64,000 bases of DNA from a virus, in IMG/VR virus record IMGVR_UViG_3300032224_000591, positions 32,001 to 96,000 of that record. The stretch is one strand, 5' to 3'. Both the position numbers and the translations under genes were made by a program. The notes under the pieces are model-generated. The model saw only the letters and a program-made list of their open reading frames with translations. It ran no database searches and was not told the origin of the DNA. This document shows, in pieces, positions 40,380 to 49,653 of this stretch. Within the stretch, counting starts at the first letter, position 1, and every line of letters begins with the position of its first letter.

Positions 40380-40388
40380 GGACCTCCA

Positions 40389-41129
40389 ATGGCCGCCATT
40401 TCATCAAGAGACGACTTTAAGAAATATTGCCTCCGTAAGCTAGGTGCACCCGTCATTGAGATCAATGTGGATGATGACCAGATCGAGGATCGTGTTACCG
40501 AAGCTATTAGCTACTATTGGGACTATCACTTTGATGGTGCCGAGAAGACTTACTACAAGGCACAGATTACCCGTACTGACATCACAAACAAATATATCAC
40601 AATCCCTGATAATATTATTGGTGTTGTCAACCTATTCCCAATTGGGAACTCATTGAATGTAAACAATCTCTTTAATATCCGTTATCAGATTGCATTAAAT
40701 GATCTATACACATTAACCTCTCAGAGCATGGTGCCATATGTTATGGCCATGCAACACATTCAGTTCCTAGAGCAGATCCTAGTTGGTCAGCAGCCTCTTC
40801 GCTATAACCGTATTATCGGTAAGTGTTACATCGATATGGATTGGACTATTGTCAATCCAGGCGACTTCTTAATCCTTGAAGCTTATCAAGTTGTTGATCC
40901 AGAGATATTCACCAAAGGCTATAATGAACGTTGGCTTCAGAACTATGCTACAGTCCTTATCAAGGAACAGTGGGGAGGTAATATGAAGAAGTTCGAAGGT
41001 ATGACTCTCCCAGGTGGACTAAAGTTTAACGGTCAGAAGATCTATGATGAAGCTCGTCAAGAGCGACTAGCAATGGAGCAAGAAATGATTACTGGCTTCA
41101 GCATGCCTGTTTACGATATGATCGGCTAA
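40389..41129 (+). CDS. gp13: Neck protein gp13
   Basis: YCLRKLGAPVIEINVDDDQIEDR...YHFDG, KEQWG.N..KF.G..LPGG...NG. Confidence 0.93.
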   Translation: MAAISSRDDFKKYCLRKLGAPVIEINVDDDQIEDRVTEAISYYWDYHFDGAEKTYYKAQITRTDITNKYITIPDNIIGVVNLFPIGNSLNVNNLFNIRYQIALNDLYTLTSQSMVPYVMAMQHIQFLEQILVGQQPLRYNRIIGKCYIDMDWTIVNPGDFLILEAYQVVDPEIFTKGYNERWLQNYATVLIKEQWGGNMKKFEGMTLPGGLKFNGQKIYDEARQERLAMEQEMITGFSMPVYDMIG

Positions 41130-41130
41130 C

Positions 41131-41853
41131 ATGGCCACAAACTTTTTCTTCAATAACTTCAAGGCTAGTGGTGAGCAGAACCTCCTCGAGGATCTGATCG
41201 TTGAGTCGATCAGAATCTATGGTGAGGATATGACTTACATCCCCCGTAACTATGGAAATCCAGATGTTCTATATACGGCAGATGATCAATCATATTACAT
41301 GTCAACCTATTCGATTGAAATGTATATTAAGAGTGTCGATGGATTCTCCGGCGATGGCAGCTTCATGTCGAAGTTTGGCCTTGAGATTAGAGATCAGGTA
41401 ATCTTCTCTGTTGCACAACGTGTATTTGCAAATGAAATTGGATTTGAGACCGGATTTACCCGACCACGTGAAGGTGATCTGATATTTTTCCCATTGAATA
41501 AGAAGTGCTTCCAAATCAGATATGTCAATAAGTTTGAGATGTTCTACCAATTAGGCGCATTGCAGACATGGGAAATGACATGTGAACTGTTCGACTATTC
41601 ATCAGAAGTTATGAATACCGGTATACCTGAGATAGACATTCTCGAAGATAAGTTCAGCACAAATATCCTTCAATTTGCACTAAAGACTGAGGAGGATGAA
41701 TTTATGCTTGATCCTAGTGGTGACTATATTATGATTCACGATATAGCATATGATCCTATCGTTGGTAATGATGCGCCTAACGTATTTAATGCAGAGTCCA
41801 ATGACATTATAGACTTTAGCCAGGTCGACCCATTCAGTGAAGGTCATATCTAA
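41131..41853 (+). CDS. gp14: Neck protein gp14
   Basis: EQNLLEDL..ESI.IYG....YIPR, SKFGLEIRD, RPREGDLI.FP, FYQLG, CELF.YS.E. Confidence 0.93.
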   Translation: MATNFFFNNFKASGEQNLLEDLIVESIRIYGEDMTYIPRNYGNPDVLYTADDQSYYMSTYSIEMYIKSVDGFSGDGSFMSKFGLEIRDQVIFSVAQRVFANEIGFETGFTRPREGDLIFFPLNKKCFQIRYVNKFEMFYQLGALQTWEMTCELFDYSSEVMNTGIPEIDILEDKFSTNILQFALKTEEDEFMLDPSGDYIMIHDIAYDPIVGNDAPNVFNAESNDIIDFSQVDPFSEGHI

Positions 41854-42674
41854 TGTTCGGTCAAAATTTCTACTTCTCTACTCTTAGAAAATACGTAACA
41901 CTGTTTGGTACTCTTTTTGATGACATCACAATTATTCGTACGGATGCCGATCAAAATGTAAATGCAGTTATCAAGGTTCCGGTTACCTACTCATCAAATG
42001 ATAAGATGATAGCTCGTATGGAGCAGGATCCGGATATTGATAGACCGACGTCAGTGCCTACACTTCCTATTATGTCATTTGAAATGACTAATCTTACATA
42101 TGACAACACGCGCAAGCTAAACACTATTGGTAGAAGCGCAGTCAAGGCGACAGCAAATACAGAATTTTCTTATCAGTATAATCCAGTCCCGTATAATATC
42201 GGATTTAGACTCTATATCTATGTGAAAAATGCTGAAGATGGTACAAAGATTGTAGAGCAGATTCTTCCATACTTTACACCTGACTTTACGACGACACTAA
42301 AGCTTATCCCAGAGATGAATATTAACATGGATATTCCGACTGTGATGAACACGATCACACAGGAAGACAAATATACCGGTGACTTCAGAGAGCGCAGGGC
42401 AATCGTCTGGACACTAGACTTTACTATGAAGGGTTACATATATGGTCCAGTCAAGAAAGCTCCGATCATCCTGTTTGCCAATACTGTCTTCTATACACCA
42501 AAGGATATTAAAGACCTGGCTAACACTAACTACAGCAGTTATGTCTCAGTTCGTCCAGGCCTTACAGCTAACGGTCAACCTACATCAAACGCTGATCTTT
42601 CTATTAGCCCATATGATATTGTTGCTTCAGATGACTATGGATATATTATCGAGAAGGGTTATAACCAGACATGA
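41853..42674 (+). CDS. gp15: Tail sheath stabilizer/terminator gp15
   Basis: FY....RKY...FGTLF..I, LP.MSFE.....YD..RK, PVPY, IVEQILPYF.P, W.L.FT.KGY.YGP. Confidence 0.92.
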   Translation: MFGQNFYFSTLRKYVTLFGTLFDDITIIRTDADQNVNAVIKVPVTYSSNDKMIARMEQDPDIDRPTSVPTLPIMSFEMTNLTYDNTRKLNTIGRSAVKATANTEFSYQYNPVPYNIGFRLYIYVKNAEDGTKIVEQILPYFTPDFTTTLKLIPEMNINMDIPTVMNTITQEDKYTGDFRERRAIVWTLDFTMKGYIYGPVKKAPIILFANTVFYTPKDIKDLANTNYSSYVSVRPGLTANGQPTSNADLSISPYDIVASDDYGYIIEKGYNQT

Positions 42675-43096
42675 ACGCAAATAATGATCCGTTAGGCGCT
42701 GCGCTTAACCTGACTCCATTAGCTACTGATAATGCAGTTAAATCTATAGTCGCCAAAGCACATGATGATAGTGCAAAAAATGACTTCGAGATGGCACGAT
42801 CAAACATCCATGAAGTTATTCAGAATGGTACATATGCTATTGAGAAGCTATCACAGATTGCTGATCAGAGCCAGCATCCTAGAGCTTTTGAGGTTCTAGC
42901 AACACTCATGAAGACAATGCTTGATGCTAATAAGGACTTACTTGACCTACAGAAGAAGATCCGTGAAATCTCTTCTGCTGATGCACCAACCAATGAAGCA
43001 GCTAAACAAGTGACGAATAACCTATTTGTTGGTTCTACTGCAGACCTTCAGAAAGTCATTGAGGACATGAAGAATGGTGGATCTAAGACAGCTTAA
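42671..43096 (+). CDS. gp16: Terminase small subunit gp16
   Basis: DFE.AR.N, SQHPRAFEV, NNLFVGSTADLQK. Confidence 0.9.
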   Translation: MNANNDPLGAALNLTPLATDNAVKSIVAKAHDDSAKNDFEMARSNIHEVIQNGTYAIEKLSQIADQSQHPRAFEVLATLMKTMLDANKDLLDLQKKIREISSADAPTNEAAKQVTNNLFVGSTADLQKVIEDMKNGGSKTA

Positions 43097-44720
43097 GGGC
43101 TATAACGGCAATAATAACTTAAAGCGATCACGACAGTCGATTGAGTGGACACCCGACCTGGTTAGCGAATACATTAAGTGTTCTGATGATCCGATCTACT
43201 TTATTGAAACCTATATGAAGATCATCAATATCAATGATGGTCTGGTAAGCTTCAAGCTATATGACTATCAGAAAGAGATGGTCTTAGCTATGAAGGAGAA
43301 TCGCTTCAATATCATCGCAACGGCTCGTCAGGCCGGTAAGTCGACGGTAACCTGCGGATTTATCCTTTGGTATATCATCTTTCATTCAGATAAGACCGTT
43401 GCACTGCTTGCTAACAAGGGTGAAACAGCTCGAGAGATTCTTGGCCGTGTTCAGTTGGCCTATGAGCATCTTCCCCGTTGGCTGCAGCATGGTGTTGTTG
43501 AGTGGAACAAGGGTTCATTTGAGCTTGAGAATAACTCGAGAGTTATCGCAGCAGCTACCTCTAAATCAGGTATTCGTGGTTACTCCATCAACCTACTATT
43601 CATCGATGAGGCTGCATTCATCGAGAACTGGGATGACTTCTTCACATCGGTATACCCTACCATCTCGTCTGGTAAAGAATCTAAAGTCATCCTCGTATCA
43701 ACACCAAATGGTTTGAATCACTTCTACTCTCTATGGATCAATGCCCGTGAGCAGAGAAATGGGTATAAACCTATTCAGGTTATGTGGGATGCTGTTCCTG
43801 GACGTGATGAACAATGGAGACAAGATACACTAGCCTCGATGAACTTTGACACAGAAAAGTTTGACCAGGAATATTGTGTTGAATTCATGGGTTCATCTGG
43901 CACACTTATCGCTGGTTGGAAGCTCAAGGAGCTTGTCCATCAGGTGCCTATCGTCTTAAAGCAAGGTCTATCACAATACGTCCTTCCTGAGAAGGGTCAC
44001 TCATATGTCATCATGGCAGACGTGTCCCGTGGTAAGGGATTAGACTACTCTGCTTTCCATATCATTGACGTCACAAAGATGCCATATAATCAGGTATGCG
44101 TCTATAGGAATAACTCAATTACGCCTTTAGACTACGCTGCTATTATCCATAAGATGGCCATGGCCTATAACCAAGCTTCTGTTATGGTTGAAATCAACGA
44201 CATTGGTGAGCAGGTTGGCCAATCACTACACTTTGATTACGAGTATGAAGGTGTCTTGTTGACTGAATCAGCTGGTAGAGCCGGCAAGAGAGTCACGCTT
44301 CGAAGCAGTGGACCATCAGTTGATTGGGGTATCAGAACAACAAAGAATGTTAAAGCTGCAGGTTGCTCTATCATTAAGCTGCTAATAGAACAGAATCAGT
44401 TGATCATTAATGACTTCCATACAATCGAGGAGCTAGCAACTTTCTCTCGTAAGCTTAACAGCTATGAGGCCGAAGAAGGTAAGCACGATGATCTTGTCAT
44501 GGGGCTTGTGCTGTTTGGTTGGTTATCCGATCAACAATACTTCAGAGAATACACAGACATAAATACACTACAGAGACTACGTGAGAAGTCAGAAGAAGAG
44601 ATCATGGATGATATGCTTCCATTCGGTTTCATCGATGACGGCAGAGACGACGTTATCGAACAACTCGAGTTGCCAAGGGGCAACTGGCTGGTGTCTGATA
44701 TAGAGAACGAGTTTTTATAA
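43074..44720 (+). CDS. gp17: Terminase large subunit gp17
   Basis: ARQAGKST Walker A, LLFIDEAAF Walker B, VSTPNG, DVSRG.G.DYS, HDDLVM. Confidence 0.97.
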   Translation: MVDLRQLKGYNGNNNLKRSRQSIEWTPDLVSEYIKCSDDPIYFIETYMKIININDGLVSFKLYDYQKEMVLAMKENRFNIIATARQAGKSTVTCGFILWYIIFHSDKTVALLANKGETAREILGRVQLAYEHLPRWLQHGVVEWNKGSFELENNSRVIAAATSKSGIRGYSINLLFIDEAAFIENWDDFFTSVYPTISSGKESKVILVSTPNGLNHFYSLWINAREQRNGYKPIQVMWDAVPGRDEQWRQDTLASMNFDTEKFDQEYCVEFMGSSGTLIAGWKLKELVHQVPIVLKQGLSQYVLPEKGHSYVIMADVSRGKGLDYSAFHIIDVTKMPYNQVCVYRNNSITPLDYAAIIHKMAMAYNQASVMVEINDIGEQVGQSLHFDYEYEGVLLTESAGRAGKRVTLRSSGPSVDWGIRTTKNVKAAGCSIIKLLIEQNQLIINDFHTIEELATFSRKLNSYEAEEGKHDDLVMGLVLFGWLSDQQYFREYTDINTLQRLREKSEEEIMDDMLPFGFIDDGRDDVIEQLELPRGNWLVSDIENEFL

Positions 44721-44723
44721 ATA
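44716..44723 (+). promoter_or_regulatory. T4 late promoter TATAAATA for gp18
   Basis: Perfect consensus 45 nt upstream of gp18. Confidence 0.8.
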
Positions 44724-44768
44724 TCGTAGAATCTATAGCATACATTTTCCACTGGGAGGAGAACTCAA

Positions 44769-46913
44769 ATGCCTTTTCAACTAAGTCCTGGCGTAAACGT
44801 CACTGAGATCGATCTAACAACGGTCGTTCCTGCAGTCGCTACTTCAACAGGCGCTATCGCCGGTATCTTCAATTGGGGTCCGATCGGCGAGCGTGTCCTT
44901 ATCGACAATGAGACGAAGCTCTTAAATATCTTTGGTAAGCCTAATGCAAACAATGCAGAAACATGGTTTACTGCCGCTAACTTCCTAAGCTATACCAATA
45001 CCCTTTATGTTGTTCGTTCAGCAAATACGACATCGGCTGATGCTAACGTTGGTGCAACATGTGCTACCGGTAACCTTGGCCCAGTTGGATCAATTCTGAC
45101 GGAAGTTATTAAGTCTCAGGCACATTTTGATACTAAGTATATTCCTGCTAACAACTATAATGCATTTGATGCAAATACGCGCTGGGTTGCTAAGTATCCT
45201 GGTACTTTGGGCAACTCACTTTACGTTTCAGTGTGTGATAGCGCAGCCCAATATGTATCGAACATATATGCTAACGGTGCAGCAGTTAACTCAACTTACG
45301 CTAATACTGAAATGACAACAACGATTGTTATTGGCGGTAACGTTGCACAGATTTCTGTAAAGTCAACACAGGGTAACGTCGCTGCAAACATTGCAGCATC
45401 AAACGCATATCTTTCATATTCACTTGGTACAATTACTGTTGGTGATTACCTAATGGTAGGTAACTCGACTTCTGGTATTCAGTATCTTCAGATAACAGCC
45501 AATAGTGCTCTATCAACAAATAGTACACATACACTAGCTAACTTGTATTTTAGTGATAATTTTATGTTAGGTAGTGACTTCGTTTCTAACAATGCACAGA
45601 ATTCTACACTGACTCACTATTGGGAATTCTTTAATCTAGTTGGTGCTGCGCCATCTCAGACAGACTTTGTTGCTAACTTTGGCAACACAGCAGCTAATAC
45701 ATCTGATGGTATGCACGTTGTAATTCAAGACCGTAACGGTAAGTTTACCGGCGTCCCTGGCACAGTTCTAGAATCATACGAGAATCTTTCTCGTGCGACA
45801 GATGCTAAGACGACTGGTGGTGCTTCTAACTACTATAGAGATGTTATCAATCAGAACTCCAAGTATGTTTGGTCAGTTCGTGATCGTACAAATGCACCTT
45901 CGAATACAGCATTCAACGTTGCTAACTCTACATCAGCTAACGTCGCTCGCTACTTCTTCACCGGTGGTCAGGATGGTTATACTGAAGCTACGGCTCCTCT
46001 ATACATCCTATCTGACGGTTATGATAAGTTTGCTTCAGCTGAAGACGTCGATGTTTCCCTAATTCTTCAGGGTAAGCCAACTGGTGGTTCAACATCTTCT
46101 GGTGGTATGACTGTCAGTAAGTTTCAGCTAGCTAACTATCTGATTGATAATATCGCAGAGACAAGAAAAGATTGCGTTGTATTCGTCTCGCCTGATGATG
46201 GTGTTGTAACTAGCAATATGGGTAATGAAGCAACAGCTCTTGTTAACTGGCGTAACACGGTTCATGATAGTTCATACGCTGTTATTGATTCTGGTTATAA
46301 GTATCAGTATGATCGCTACAATGACGTGTATCGCTATCTGCCTTCAAATGGTGACGTAGCTGGCCTATGCGCACGCACAGACAATACACGTGATCCATGG
46401 TGGTCACCTGCGGGCTTTAATCGTGGTCAGCTCAAGAACATTGTTAAGGTTCGCTTTAACCCACGTAAGGCCGATCGTGATGCTCTTTATAGCAAGGGTA
46501 TCAACCCGATCGTTACCTTCCCTGGTCAGGGGACTGTATTGTTCGGCGATAAGACAGCTCAGACGAAGCCATCTGCATTCGATCACATCAACGTTCGTCG
46601 TCTGTTCATTGTCCTTGAGAAGGCCATTGCAACTGCTGCGAAGTTTACCCTGTTCGAGTTCAATGACGAGTTCACAAGAGCACAGTTCAAGAACCTAGTA
46701 ACTCCTTTCCTACGTGACGTTCAAGGTCGCCGTGGTATCACTGACTTCCTAGTGGTCTGCGATGCAACTAACAACACACCGGAGAGAGTGGATCGTAACG
46801 AGTTCTGGGGCGACATCTATATCAAGCCTGCACGTTCTATCAACTATATCCAGTTGAACTTCGTTGCGGTTAGAACCGGTGTTCAGTTCTCTGAAGTCGT
46901 TGGTCAGTTCTAA
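44769..46913 (+). CDS. gp18: Tail sheath protein gp18
   Basis: MPFQLSPGVNVTEIDLT, PWWSPAGFNRG, FDHINVRRLF, FEFNDEFTR, IKPARSINYIQLNFVA. Confidence 0.97.
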   Translation: MPFQLSPGVNVTEIDLTTVVPAVATSTGAIAGIFNWGPIGERVLIDNETKLLNIFGKPNANNAETWFTAANFLSYTNTLYVVRSANTTSADANVGATCATGNLGPVGSILTEVIKSQAHFDTKYIPANNYNAFDANTRWVAKYPGTLGNSLYVSVCDSAAQYVSNIYANGAAVNSTYANTEMTTTIVIGGNVAQISVKSTQGNVAANIAASNAYLSYSLGTITVGDYLMVGNSTSGIQYLQITANSALSTNSTHTLANLYFSDNFMLGSDFVSNNAQNSTLTHYWEFFNLVGAAPSQTDFVANFGNTAANTSDGMHVVIQDRNGKFTGVPGTVLESYENLSRATDAKTTGGASNYYRDVINQNSKYVWSVRDRTNAPSNTAFNVANSTSANVARYFFTGGQDGYTEATAPLYILSDGYDKFASAEDVDVSLILQGKPTGGSTSSGGMTVSKFQLANYLIDNIAETRKDCVVFVSPDDGVVTSNMGNEATALVNWRNTVHDSSYAVIDSGYKYQYDRYNDVYRYLPSNGDVAGLCARTDNTRDPWWSPAGFNRGQLKNIVKVRFNPRKADRDALYSKGINPIVTFPGQGTVLFGDKTAQTKPSAFDHINVRRLFIVLEKAIATAAKFTLFEFNDEFTRAQFKNLVTPFLRDVQGRRGITDFLVVCDATNNTPERVDRNEFWGDIYIKPARSINYIQLNFVAVRTGVQFSEVVGQF

Positions 46914-46919
46914 TAAATA
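46914..46919 (+). promoter_or_regulatory. Late promoter (AATAAATA) for gp19
   Basis: TAAATA immediately after the gp18 stop; AAGGAG SD downstream. Confidence 0.7.
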
Positions 46920-46943
46920 GATCAAAGGACAAGGAGTAATCAA

Positions 46944-47540
46944 ATGGCCTCAGGTTTCAATATCAGCACATTCAAGGCAAGAGGTCTAACCTCTGGTGGC
47001 GCACGCCCCTCGCTCTTCGAAGTGTATCTAACAATCCCGAGCTTCGTAGCAGCCGCTACGGGCTCGGACACAAAGTTCCGCTTTACCTGCCGCGCAGCAG
47101 CGATCCCGGCAGCAACAATCGGTACGGTCAATGTTCCATACTTTGGTCGTACAATTAAGCTAGCTGGCGACAGAACATTTGCTGACTGGACAGTCACAAT
47201 CATGAACGACGAAGACTTCATCGTTCGTGCAATGTTCGAGAAGTGGTCTAACGAACTTAATAAGCTTCAGGCTAACGTTCGTAAGGCTTATAACTCAGAG
47301 AATGACTATAAGGCAATCCTTAACGTCATTCAGTACAGCAAGGACGGCATTCCGATTCGTTCATACGATATTATCGGTGCGTTCCCAACTTCGGTTGATG
47401 CCATCACTCTTGACTGGGATACTACAAACCAGATCGAGCAGTTCGGTGTTACGTTTGCCTACGACTATTGGCTGCCAACCATTGGTTCAGAGTTAGTTAA
47501 CTCTTACTATGGTGATGCCGTTAGCCCAGTAGCGACCTAA
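46944..47540 (+). CDS. gp19: Tail tube protein gp19
   Basis: GGARPSLFEV, VPYFGRTIKLAGDRTFADWTVTIMNDEDF, FPT.V..I.LDW, F.VTFAYDYW. Confidence 0.96.
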   Translation: MASGFNISTFKARGLTSGGARPSLFEVYLTIPSFVAAATGSDTKFRFTCRAAAIPAATIGTVNVPYFGRTIKLAGDRTFADWTVTIMNDEDFIVRAMFEKWSNELNKLQANVRKAYNSENDYKAILNVIQYSKDGIPIRSYDIIGAFPTSVDAITLDWDTTNQIEQFGVTFAYDYWLPTIGSELVNSYYGDAVSPVAT

Positions 47541-47559
47541 TATCCTGATTGGTTATTGA

Positions 47560-47585
47560 GGGGGAGCTAGTCTCCCCCATTTTTT
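47560..47585 (+). terminator. Rho-independent terminator after gp19
   Basis: GGGGGAG-ctagt-CTCCCCC hairpin followed by ATTTTTT. Confidence 0.8.
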
Positions 47586-47601
47586 GAAAAAAGGAAAATA
47601 G

Positions 47602-49386
47602 ATGGCAGAACTATTTGGTTTCGAGTTTAAACGCAAGGTTGCAGAAGATATTGCGCCCTCCTTCTCCCCAAAAGAGAATGAAGATGGCGCGCTTGTCGTT
47701 GCAGCTGGCGGTTCCTTTGGAACGTACGTTGACCTTGACGGTACCGTACGTACAGAGGCAGAACTCGTAACAAAGTATCGCGATATGGCTCTTCAGCCAG
47801 AATGTGATGCAGCTATTGATGAAATTATCAATGAGATGATTGCTCTTGATGAGAAAGAACTTGTTAAGATTGATATTGATGGGTTAGATATTCCATCTAA
47901 TCTTAAGAAGGCTATTACAGAAGAGTTCAAGAATTGCTTGAACATTTTAGATTTTCGCCGCCATGCCTACGAGATTATTCGTCGCTGGTATATCGATGGC
48001 AGATTATACTATCATAAGATTATTGATGAGACGGATCCTAAGGCTGGTATCAAGGAGCTTCGCTACATTGATCCACGTAAGATTCGTAAAGTTCGTGAGG
48101 TAGTAAGAAAAAGAGTTCGTGGTGGTCAGCAGGGCGAACCTGTCATGACTAAGACACAGAATGAATATTACCTGTTTAATGATAAAGGCTTCTCCTTTAG
48201 CAATAGATCCACAGCGCCTGCGACTGCAGGCTTAAAGATTGCTAAAGACACTATTCTACATGTGACATCAGGTTTAACTGACACAAATGGCGCTATGGTG
48301 CTGTCACATCTACATAAGGCTATTAAGCCTCTTAATCAGCTGCGTACACTTGAAGATGCTCTTGTCATCTATCGTCTTGCCCGCGCGCCTGAGCGTCGCG
48401 TATGGTATATCGACGTTGGCAACCTTCCTAAGATGAAGGCAGAGCAGTACATCCGTGATATGATGGTTAAGCATAAGAATCGATTAATCTACGATGCTGA
48501 GTCCGGCAACGTTAGAGATGACCGCAAGTTCATGACCATGCTAGAGGACTATTGGCTAGCTCGTCGTGACGGAGGCAAGGGTACGGAGGTTACTACTCTT
48601 GCTGGCGGTCAGAATCTTAGTCAGATGGATGACGTTCTGTACTTTCAGAAAAGATTCTATGGTACACTAAATGTACCTATCAACAGAATTAACTCCGATG
48701 CATTGTTCTCCCTTGGAAGAGCAACCGAAGTTACCAGAGACGAGCTGAAATTCTCACGCTTCATCTCAAGAATGCGCGGAAAGTTCGCTATCCTATTCAC
48801 GAAGATGTTAGAGACTCAGCTCGTACTAAAACAGATTATGACTATTGAAGACTTTCATAATATTGCTGCTGATATTAAGTATGACTTTGCTAAGGACAAC
48901 TACTTCGCTGAACTTAAAGACGGTGAGATTGCTGATAATCGTATCAATCTTGCACGTAATATGCAGGATATGGTTGGCAAGTATTACTCACACGAGTGGC
49001 TTCGTAAGAATATCCTTCAGCAGTCGGATGATGATATTGAAGAGATGGATGAAGAGATTATCGCAGAGAATGAATCTGGTGATCCTCGTTGGATTAATCC
49101 AGCCATCCTACAGAATGAGCAGATGGAACAGCAGATGAACGCACCTATTGGTCCAGATGGTCAACCGGTACCGGGTGGCCAACCTGGTGATCCAACCGGC
49201 GGTACTGATCAACAGCCTTTGACTGATGACGATGGTGCAGCAGTAAGCGCTCAAAATGATCAACAGACCGCTAAGATGCAGACCGCACAATCAACTTATA
49301 ATTTGCTCATCAGCAAAAGAAATAGAACATTAGCTGATGAAGCTAAATTAAAATCAGCTACTCAGATCTTAGCTAAGAATAAATAA
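47602..49386 (+). CDS. gp20: Portal protein gp20
   Basis: RWYIDGRLYYHK, LHKAIKPLNQLR.LEDALVIYRLARAPERRV.YIDVGNLPK.KAEQY, EDYWL.RR.GGKGTEVTTL.GG. Confidence 0.97.
   Translation: MAELFGFEFKRKVAEDIAPSFSPKENEDGALVVAAGGSFGTYVDLDGTVRTEAELVTKYRDMALQPECDAAIDEIINEMIALDEKELVKIDIDGLDIPSNLKKAITEEFKNCLNILDFRRHAYEIIRRWYIDGRLYYHKIIDETDPKAGIKELRYIDPRKIRKVREVVRKRVRGGQQGEPVMTKTQNEYYLFNDKGFSFSNRSTAPATAGLKIAKDTILHVTSGLTDTNGAMVLSHLHKAIKPLNQLRTLEDALVIYRLARAPERRVWYIDVGNLPKMKAEQYIRDMMVKHKNRLIYDAESGNVRDDRKFMTMLEDYWLARRDGGKGTEVTTLAGGQNLSQMDDVLYFQKRFYGTLNVPINRINSDALFSLGRATEVTRDELKFSRFISRMRGKFAILFTKMLETQLVLKQIMTIEDFHNIAADIKYDFAKDNYFAELKDGEIADNRINLARNMQDMVGKYYSHEWLRKNILQQSDDDIEEMDEEIIAENESGDPRWINPAILQNEQMEQQMNAPIGPDGQPVPGGQPGDPTGGTDQQPLTDDDGAAVSAQNDQQTAKMQTAQSTYNLLISKRNRTLADEAKLKSATQILAKNK
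49380..49385 (+). promoter_or_regulatory. Late promoter-like TAAATA
   Basis: AATAAATA at the gp20 stop, before the prohead core genes. Confidence 0.55.
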
Positions 49387-49398
49387 TGGAGATGACAA

Positions 49399-49653
49399 AT
49401 GACTGAAGTACAATACTCTGTCCAAGACTTAATTTCTACAGCGTTCGATCAAAAGCCCGTCGATTTCGAGAATGCGTTTAGTTCGCTTATTGTTGATCGT
49501 CTAGCGGCTGCTGTAGAAACAAGAAAGATTGAAGTAGCCCAGGCGATGTTTGGTGATCAAGCATCAAGCGAGGACTACTCATCTGATGAAACAGAGGAAG
49601 AATCAGAGGTCGAAACAGAACAAGAGGAAGAGCAAGATGGCGAAGTCGCTTAA
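49399..49653 (+). CDS. Small acidic prohead core protein (gp67-like position)
   Basis: 84 aa, Glu-rich C-terminus, directly after the portal gene. Confidence 0.6.
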   Translation: MTEVQYSVQDLISTAFDQKPVDFENAFSSLIVDRLAAAVETRKIEVAQAMFGDQASSEDYSSDETEEESEVETEQEEEQDGEVA

